A DNA stretch of 64,000 nt from Callorhinchus milii. Its lineage: Eukaryota. Position 1 is the stretch's first letter. Each line of letters starts with the position of its first letter. The position numbers and the translations under genes were made by a program. Positions 55,273-64,000 of the stretch are shown here, one piece after another. A model generated the notes under the pieces. The model was not told where the DNA came from. It did not search any database and saw only the letters and a list, made by a program, of their open reading frames with translations. The DNA lies in NCBI RefSeq assembly GCF_018977255.1, contig NW_024704742.1, positions 115,508,001-115,572,000 of the forward strand, in the 5' to 3' direction.

Positions 55273-55324
55273 GGTTGGACACATTGTGCCCTTGTAGGTA
55301 AGAAAGCCAATCAAATGTTGATAT

Positions 55325-55617
55325 GTGGTTAGTGCACTCGCTTTGCAAGCGACAGACCTGAGTTCAATTCCAGGCACAGGGCGAAACCTTGGGCAAGTTT
55401 CCTTACTCCACACGCCTAATAATAATCCCTCCAAAACAAAAAACAATAATAAATTGGTCATTTTCAATCTATGACTGTTTGTGGGCTGTCACTTGGCTGC
55501 CACGTTCGTGCACAAATATACAGTCAATTCACTTTACAGTATATTCTGTGAAGTGTTTTGGGGCGTCTAGAAGACGTGAAAAGTGCTACATCAAATGCAA
55601 GGATTATTATTATTATG
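55325..55617 (+). mobile_element. Same SINE family, slightly 5'-truncated
   Basis: Aligns by eye with 56705-57011. Confidence 0.88.
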
Positions 55618-56392
55618 TAAAGCTAAGGGTGTGTAGTATAAATTGAGACATGTGATTATATAATATTCCCTGGCACTGGTGAGTTTACATCTGGAGTACC
55701 ACATACATCTTTAGTCTCCCTGCTTCAAAAATAGATGAGAACAGAGACCCATAGGAAATTCAAATAGATAGATATGTGGAACAAACTGCGAGCACAATTA
55801 GTCAAATGATAAACCACAAAGGGTTTCAAAAGAAACTACAAAAGTTCCTTGCAACTAAAATACTTTTACATTTACTAGTGAAATGAAGACGCGTGGTGTT
55901 TGTTCAATACAGAAAATTGAATGAATCAGATTGCGAATAACGGTTACTTTGATGATGTACCACTTTCATTTATGTAGCACCCTTCTGTTTGAAAAGAGAA
56001 GGGAGTTTCTCCTGGTGTCCTGGATAACTGCAAAATAAAAACGGTCATTCATTTCATAGCTGTTTGTAGGAGATTGCTGTGATCAAATGGGCTGCAGTGT
56101 TCACCCACAAAACATGCAGTCACTCCACTTTACAATATATCCTATAAAGGTTTGATTCACCCTCCAGACGTGAAAGGCGCAATTTCAAATGTAATGATCA
56201 TTTTATTATTATTGACCCAGGGTAACGTCTTGACGCATTTTACGTGTAATTTTGGAGCAGGAGAATGGATATTGAACATTACACTTTTTGATTTTAGAAA
56301 AATAATCTTGAACCCTTTATTGTTTGATATAATTATGTGACTGGTGAAGCAGCTTCTTAAGCTCATACTTGCCTAATGTCTTTACCTTCCAG

Positions 56393-56535
56393 TATCGAGT
56401 CATCGATTTTGTTATGGACCAGCCAGGTAATTTTAAACTGGTCTTCACACCCAAGAGCAGGAGCAAATCCCTGGAGTGGAATGTGTTTGATTTCCCTGGT
56501 GGAGGGGAGGAATGGGAATGTATAACACTGACGAG
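56393..56535 (+). pseudogene. IDH2-like exon 5 (-1 frameshift)
   Basis: ttccag|YRVIDFVMDQPGNFKLVFTPKSRSKSLEWNVFDFPGGG/GMGMYNTDE|gtaag. Confidence 0.94.
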
Positions 56536-56685
56536 GTAAGACGCTCCTCTCTGCTAAACATGTCTATGAAGGTGGAAGTTCCCAATCTACTTGTATTTAA
56601 ACTGCAGTCATCGAGGTCTGCTTTGCAGGTGGTGCTGTGTGTCAGTTCTGGAAACTGCGTCATTTACTGCAGAACCATTCGGTTT

Positions 56686-57011
56686 GTGGAGTCCTGTAGC
56701 TCAGTGGTTAGAGCACTCGCTTTGCAAGCGAGAGACCTGAGTTCAATTCCAGGCAGAGGGCGAAACCTTGGGCAAGTTTCCTTACTCCACACAGAGCCTA
56801 ATAATAATCCCTCCAAAACCAAAAACAATAATAAAAAAAATTGGTCATTTTCAATCTACGACTGTTTGTCGGACATTGCTGTGTGCAATTGGCTGCCGCG
56901 TTCGCCCACAAATATACAATCAATTCACTTTACAGTGTGTTCTGGGACCGCTTTGGGACGTCCTCCCGACGTGAAAAGCGCTATATCAAATGCAAGGATT
57001 ATTATTATTAT
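56686..57011 (+). mobile_element. Full-length tRNA(Ala)-derived SINE with a Deu-like core and an L2-type tail
   Basis: A box TAGCTCAGTGG, anticodon arm CTCGC-TTTGCAA-GCGAG, B box GAGTTCAATTCC; core GCTGTGTGCAATTGGCTGCCGCGTT; tail GGGACGTCCTCCCGACGTGAAAAGCGCTATATCAAATGCAAGG(ATT)n. Confidence 0.9.
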
Positions 57012-57417
57012 TCAGGGCCAGATTCGCAGTTTGTGTCCTTTTTTATTCTCACATGGGTTTGAGTTGAAATTATAACAAATTTTTAAAAAATCAAGGCCTA
57101 TTTAGTTTCGCACAAAAGCATCAAAGTGCTTAACAGTGGAGAGGAGGTGACCGTAAGCACCGTCAAAAATGAGGGTTTTCAGATGGGACTTGAGAAAGAC
57201 GAGAAAGGGATCAAGGCGGAGAGATTGAGGGAGAGTGTTCCACACTTAATAATGTATCAACTGAGTGTTAGTGCATTTGTAATTTCAACAACAACAGCAA
57301 ACTTGGATTTATATAGCGCCCTCCACGCCGGACGGCGTCTCAGAGCACTTGAATTTAGTTTATGAAGGTAATGCTAGTCCATTAATAACCTTTGCCCTGT
57401 TCTGCTTCTTGGCCTAG

Positions 57418-57553
57418 TCTATGACAGGATTTGCACACAGCTGATTCCAGCACGCATTAGCTAAGAAATGGTCCCTTTACATAAGTACCAAAAACACCAT
57501 TATGAAGTGATATGATGACGCTTCAAGGATATCTTCCAGAATATTTTCGAGAA
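57418..57553 (+). pseudogene. IDH2-like exon 6 (two stops, -1 frameshift)
   Basis: cctag|[43 protein letters not shown]|gtaag. Confidence 0.95.
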
Positions 57554-58372
57554 GTAAGTTTTTTTCCATATAATTCTGAGATAAGAAATCATGCCCTTGT
57601 CATCCAATGCTTTACGCTCTGTAACCTCCAATAGAAAGGGAGGGTAGGGGTAGGTCGACATGCTCTGTATCAAACACTCTCCATTTGGTTAATGCATCTC
57701 TATCAGATTCTGTAGCCTGGCTGCCTGGAGGAGAACCAGCTGCCCTTCCAGTTGGGTTCTGATGAAATGTTAAGATATCTATGGTCTCAGTCGTTGTGAC
57801 CTGAGCCCTTTTATCTACTCTACTTGCGAGTCTTTAAAGTAGCTTCTTATTCCATTAACATTCAGACATGAAAAGCAATACGAGCCACAACGTGAGTAAA
57901 AGACTCAAGTACTTTTGCCGGTATTGGGCAAGTTTCCTGGAAGATGAACTTTGCTCCTTTTGAAGTTGTCTTTCATCTGATAAATATATGCAATATTACA
58001 ATGGAGTTTCTTAACAGGATACCTTAATAATGATTTTGTGTACTCATGTGGACTCCTTCCAGCAATGGCGATGAGCTATGGAAATTATCCTTTTACGTGA
58101 TTTTACTTCCAGAACAGAATACCAGCGTGGTGCTTGTGCATGTGATGCTTTTGAGTTAAAAATAAATGGATATTGCCATGTGGTATTGACTAGATTTTAA
58201 TAAATAGTGTGAAATCCTGAGGGCAAACAGTTACAGACCACAATCCAACATCTATGGAGCTGCTACTTCCTAAAGAGAGAAGAGCTAACAATGGATGGTG
58301 CGGTACTTACATTTCTTTTTCTACTGGCAAATGACGATTCAGAGTAAAATTTTATTTTTTTCTGGTTCACAG

Positions 58373-58777
<405 letters not shown>

Positions 58778-59520
58778 GTTATAGTCTTAACCAGGCAAGC
58801 CAAATAGTGATACTGACTTCATTGGAACATTACAGTTCAGTGATTTATCTTGTGAGTCACTGAGTGGTACAGATTGGGCAGGTCCAGTTCAATCCCTGGT
58901 CTGTGCTGAGTAATCTGATCTCAGAGCAGAGCAATTGTTGTTTCACTACGATTTGTTTTGTCACCAAGGGTTGGGAACGGAATATCAGGCACCTCTGATT
59001 GCTATCGAACAACAACAACAGATTACATTCATATAGTGCTTTTCACGGTGGGAGGACGTCCCAAGGCGCCTTCCAGCAAAGGTCTCTATCTCTGCCCTTG
59101 CAGGAAAGTGTGCATATGGAGTCAGAGTAGAAATTCCACCAGAATTTAGACTTACACTGTACTTTTAACATTTCAGTGTATCCAGAATTTGGACAATTCT
59201 AAAACACAGTCTTAATTGTGAAACCAGTTTTCTGTATGTGATTTTAACAAATACATGAGTATGTTAAAACACACGTTGGGACTATGAACTCAATTAGTCT
59301 AGGCTGACACTCCAATGTAATGCTGGGGAATGAACCATTGTTGAAAGTGCTGTCCTCTTTACCCTCCTCAGCTTCCTATTCCCTCCCTCCAGCCCCCACC
59401 CCACACCCCGCTCGGTCTCCCAGCCAGATTTGTGAAGCACTTTGAGACATCCCCTGAATGTGAAAAGTTATGTGCAAATGGTTGTTATTGCCTTTTGCAT
59501 TTACAGTGTTTTGTCTATAG

Positions 59521-59633
59521 GCTTTGGTTCTCTTGGACTGATGACATCAATGCTTGTTTGTCCAGATGGAAAAACCATTGAAGCTGAGGCAGCTCACGGA
59601 GCAGTTACTCGCCAATACAGGGAGTACCAGAAG
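59521..59633 (+). pseudogene. IDH2-like exon 8 (open frame)
   Basis: ctatag|[38 protein letters not shown]|gttag; [11 protein letters not shown] is the IDH2-type wording. Confidence 0.96.
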
Positions 59634-59915
59634 GTTAGTGACCCTGCGTTTGATCAATAGATCAACAGCCACCCAGAAAGGTCCTTTGTCCACTTTATCC
59701 CTCTCCCCCCCTGCAAGCTGGCCAAGCTTTGTAACCTTATGAATCGATTGGTGCTGGAGAAAATATAGCCCACAAATATTTCCTGTAAATTTCCTCCCTC
59801 CCTGTTAATTCTTGTAAGTTCTATATTGTTGTCATTTTTATATTGTTCAGAGGACTGTGGTTTTCCAACAAATACGCATGGGTAAGGTCTGATCCTAGGA
59901 TGCAATTGAAATGGA

Positions 59916-60221
59916 TAATAATAATAATAATTCTTGCATTTGATATAGTGCTTTTCACGTCAGGAGGACGTCCCAAAGCGCTTCACAGAACACACTGTAA
60001 AGTGAATTGACTGTATATTTGTGGGCGAATGCGGCAGCCAATTGCGCACAGCAATGTCCCACAAACAGTCATAGATTGAAAATGACCAATTTATTATTGT
60101 TTTTGGTTTTGGAGGGATTATTATTAGGCATGTGGAGTGAGGAAACTTGCCCAAGGTTTCGCCCTGTCTGGAATTGAACCAGGTGTGTCGCTTGCAAAGC
60201 GAGTGCTCTAACCACTGAGCT
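59916..60221 (-). mobile_element. Same SINE family, nearly full length
   Basis: Reverse complement of the 56686 copy, including the tRNA head. Confidence 0.9.
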
Positions 60222-60825
60222 ACATAGAATAGGGTTGGGCTGAATGTTTCACAGCAAATTTGATTATCTGTGAATCTATAATGGAACACTGCACTTTTCA
60301 CCTCTTTGTTGTAATGATATTAATGGGATGTGATAGTCAAACCAGTGAGAGGCCGAACACCCTATCATTCTCTTGAGCTGTTTCTGTACTGTAGTGAAGT
60401 CCAGATGAAAGCTGGGTTTAATTCCATGCTAATTAAGGCTTTAAATAAAAAATTTCACGTCTTTCTTTACCTGCATTGATAAGTAAAGTAGAAAAAAATC
60501 TTACATTTACCTTTCACATCAGGAAGATGTCTCAAAAATTGGTCATCCATTTTGTGGCTGTTCAGGGGCATTGTCTGCAAGATGCACAGTCACTTAATTT
60601 TACAGTATACCTGTGAAACGTTCTGAGATGTTTTGATGACATAATAAGGTGCATTAGCGATATTATATTACAAGGAGTCACAGTGAAGGTTGGCACTGGA
60701 TTAAAAAAAAGTTTGAAATGGGAAACAGATGGCCTCAAATGGGTTTCCAGGTTTGAAAGAATTTCTGACTGGGATCCCTCCAGTCACTGTATCATGGTTG
60801 GTCCCAGGTGACGTCCCTGTTTCAT

Positions 60826-61676
60826 TGTCACGTCTGGCGTCCCCCAGGGCTCTGTCCTTGGCCCTCTTCTCTTTAATATCTACATGCCCCCTCCTTAGTG
60901 ACATCATCCGCAGACATGGGGTCAACTTCCACATGTATGCGGATGACACCCAACTCTTATCTTTCTACCTCCACCCTCAACTCCAGGACCACTGTTGTCC
61001 TGACAGACTGCCTGTCGGACATCAAACCCTGGATGAGGGCAAATTTCCTACAGTTGAATGTGAACAAGACTGAGGCCCTCCTGATTGGCTCGCGCCAGCG
61101 CCTCAGCACCTCAGGCTCTGTTAGCATCAACCTCCATGGTTGCACACTACAACTCACAAAGCCAGTCAAGAACCTAGGTGTCTTGTTCGACCCTCAACTG
61201 TCTTTTCTTCCCCACATCCAAGCCATGACCGCTCTGCCTTCCCTCACCTCCGTAACATCGCCCAACTCCACCACTACCTCACCCCTCAGGCCTCTGAAAC
61301 TCTTGTTCATGCCTTCATCACCTCCAGACTACCAACCCGCCCGTTCCCTCCACTCAGCTGGCTCCGGTCTGCTCCATGTCCCCCAACCCACCTGCCCCAC
61401 CATTGGCGGGAGAGCCTTTAGCCACTCTGCCTCGAACCTCTGGAATTCCATCCTCCAATCACTCCGCCTTGCCCCCTTCTTAGCCTCTTTCAAGTCCTGC
61501 CTCAAGATCCTCCTCTTCGACCATGCCATCGGTCATCCCCTTCCCCTCCCTTCCCTTCTCCCCACCTGACCCCAGCTCAGGTCTGAAATGCTGTACACTG
61601 TCCATCGCCTTGGGACATCCTCCCAACGTGAGAGGCGCTATACAAATGTAATCTACTTGTTGTTGTTATTGTTGTT
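60826..61676 (+). mobile_element. L2 fragment with an internal deletion
   Basis: HMYADDTQL and NFLQLNVNKTE; (GTT)n tail. Confidence 0.92.
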
Positions 61677-62027
61677 CATTGCTGCTCCCGTTTATTGAGT
61701 CCGGCTGAAAATAGGATATTGACCTAAGCTACACCAATAGAAATTTACAACCCTCTTGAAGCCAACAGAAATACAATATTTAGATAACCAAATGTATTCC
61801 AGAACCAACATGACATGAGTGGTGCACAAGTTGTAATATTTTAGAAATCAGCCTTAGGACCAAACTGTTGTGCTAAAGTCAGAGGGGGTTTAGCTTCACA
61901 GCCAGTCTATAAGAACTATAAAAAAAAATGTTGTAAGAGGTTATGGGAAAAGGCAGTAGAATGGGATTAAATGGATTGCTCTTTCAGAGAGGTGGCATGG
62001 ACAGAATAAGTCAAATGGTCTCCCATT

Positions 62028-62330
62028 TGGAGGTCAGAGAGGTAGGGGGGGGCAGAGGAGTGCAGGGACTTGAATACGAGGGTGAGGATCTTGAAGTCGA
62101 TCCTCTCTGGGATAGGCAGCCTATGCAGTCTGGCAAGGACTGGGGTGATCGGGGAGCGGAGTTTCGTGTGGGTGAGAATATGGGCGGCAGAGTTCTGAAT
62201 GAGTTGGATTTTATGAATGGTAGTGGATGGGAGTCCGGCGAGGAGGGAGTTGGAGTAGTCCAGCCGAGAGGTGACAAAGGCATGAACCAGAGTTTCAGCG
62301 GCTTTTCGGGAGAGATATTGACGGAATAGG
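62028..62330 (-). mobile_element. Internal L2 fragment bracketed by inverted CR1-derived arms
   Basis: AAETLVHAFVTSRLDYSNSLL...ERIDFKIL. Confidence 0.88.
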
Positions 62331-62565
62331 AGTAGCTCTCTGAGAGAGCAATCCATTTAATCCTGTTCTACTGCCTTTTCCCATAACCTCTTATAACATG
62401 TTTTTTAACCTGATCAGGCAAACAGGATCTCTAACTTCTCATTCAAAGGACAGCACTTCCACCAATGCAGTGTTCCTGCAGCTCTGCATTGGAGTATCAG
62501 CCCAGACTGTGTTCAACATCCCATTTATGATACTCTAACTGTTTCCCTTTTTCCTTTGGGACTAG

Positions 62566-62658
62566 GTTTGCCCAGACTCTGGAGCGGGTATGCGTGGACA
62601 CTGTTTGAGAGTGGGGTCATGACAAAAGACTGGCTTTGTGTATCCATGGCATTCAGAA
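62566..62658 (+). pseudogene. IDH2-like exon 10 (+1 then -1 frameshift)
   Basis: actag|FAQTLERVCVDTV/ESGVMTK(D)/LALCIHGIQ|gtac. Confidence 0.92.
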
Positions 62659-63394
62659 GTACGTAACTATTTAATGCAAAACAATGAAAAACACAACTGA
62701 ATTGAAGCGGTTCTTAAAGATGGTTATGTATTGTGTGCAAGTCTGTGTCTTCACCTTCTATTTGTGGTGGTGATAGGGGAATATTTTTTGCATGTTGTGG
62801 GCTGCTGTTTTGGGTCTGAACGCAAATTGTAGCCATATAGAATGAACACAGCAAGTTAGCTAAACACCTCTGTTGCTCTTCATGTTCCACACTTTTACGA
62901 AGGTCTCTTTCCATTCTATTCTTGATAGCTGTATTCACAGACCTGAGTCAGATCTTTCCCTTATCCAAGCTACTCTTAATTTTGTAAAAAAATCTTTATT
63001 TGTTTTATGATTTTCCTCCATCTACACCACACAAGGGAAAATAGATCAAGGACCATTTTCTGGAATCCAGTTTATCTGTACCCCCTGATATACTGGAGCA
63101 TTGGAGAAACAAATGAGGGCTGGTTTACAAGAATTGATGTGAAGTCAGATTTGGGGCAGAGGAGATTCCAGGCACCCAGCAAGAGTTTAGGCCCAGTTTT
63201 CATTTTACCCTATCCCTGAGCTCGGGTATTCAGGTAGTGGAGAGGTTAGTTTTACAGAGAGTTATTTTATAGAGCTGTAAGCACCTGCTCAGACTGGGTG
63301 TACTGTTGAGCTGTGGTAAAATGGAAAACAACTGAGTGCTAGACATTGTTGTTGAAAGTCCCTGTTAACACATTGTAATATTTTCCTCTGTTAG

Positions 63395-63479
63395 TACAAA
63401 ACCAGGCCAACACTATGTGAACACTGAAGAATTTCTGAACGTTCTGAAGAAAAACTTGAACAAGAAGCTGAGTCTGTGA
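63395..63479 (+). pseudogene. IDH2-like exon 11 (terminal)
   Basis: gttag|TKPGQHYVNTEEFLNVLKKNLNKKLSL*; compare IDH2 HFLNTTDFLDTIKSNLD. Confidence 0.88.
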
Positions 63480-63602
63480 TAATAACTGAGGAATGTGCCG
63501 CAGTTCATGCCATTCGAAGGCAATTGTTTCTACAGTGAAGACCTAGCTTGTAATATAGAATTAAGATGCCCACTACTGGGGAGGGTGTTTCTCTCAGGCA
63601 TT

Positions 63603-63608
63603 AATAAA
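63603..63608 (+). terminator. Candidate polyadenylation signal of the IDH2-like gene
   Basis: AATAAA about 125 nt after the stop, followed by GT/T-rich sequence. Confidence 0.45.
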
Positions 63609-64000
63609 AAGGGTATGAATTCGCCATCGCCTCTGACTCACTGGGGGTGTGAGATGAAATTGAGTTTATTATTGACGTTGGTTTCTCTGTTTGACCCGCG
63701 TAGTTTTGTTTAGTTTTTAATTTTATTAGCAGGTTAGCTTTCCAGCTTCTGTCCATCACAATAATTTCAGACACACTTATTTCTGCAGGACAAGAGGGCA
63801 CAGGTTCAGGGTTGTGATAGGCATGTTTAGGACAGTCACCAGGAAGTATTTCTTTACACAGCGATTGGAGTGGGTTACCCTAGGAAGTACGGTAGCAATC
63901 AGGCGAGCTGTAATTTGAAGCTATAATGGGTCAACACTAGGATGGGTAAATTCTGGAAGGTGATATCATCATCCTCATCTAAACTCTCACTAGGCACAAG

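Noticed and set aside
55750..55855. FK*IDMWN as a remnant of IDH2-like exon 4 (EFKLKKMWK)
   Set aside because: The continuation WNKL...GFKR.L..FL is the typical CR1 ORF2 C-terminus, not SPNGTIRNILGG.
56686..56760. tRNA-Ala(TGC) gene (also at 37257, 53095, 55325, 60150)
   Set aside because: No proper acceptor stem and continuous with SINE body and tail; these are SINE heads.
62407..62425. CCTGATCAG as the end of IDH2-like exon 9 (DLIR)
   Set aside because: Followed by GC rather than GT and embedded in a degenerate SINE segment like that at 38905-38970.

Overview
Vertebrate genomic DNA, probably a cartilaginous fish (inferred from the repeat content: abundant L2 and CR1 LINE pieces, Deu-domain tRNA-derived SINEs, Penelope-type fragments). 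Three genes can be read directly. (1) The 5' part of MRPS27 on the minus strand (coding exons 1-4; the rest runs off the left edge). (2) A complete 10-exon PTCD2 on the plus strand (378 aa), head-to-head with MRPS27 across a ~200 bp promoter that is flanked by ~2 kb GT-rich and ~3.8 kb CA-rich simple-repeat arms. (3) An intron-containing IDH2-like pseudogene (48103-63479, +) with several stops and frameshifts, a LINE inserted inside an exon, and two exons I could not find. Its position next to PTCD2 suggests it is a decaying whole-genome-duplication paralogue (ohnologue) of IDH2. Other notable structures: an array of 17 copies of the MRPS27 exon-1 splice donor, a 97-bp hammerhead-ribozyme-like insert with a 15-bp target-site duplication, a palindromic MITE-like family, and several inverted-repeat structures. 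Gene identities rest on my recall of human protein sequences; no search was run.
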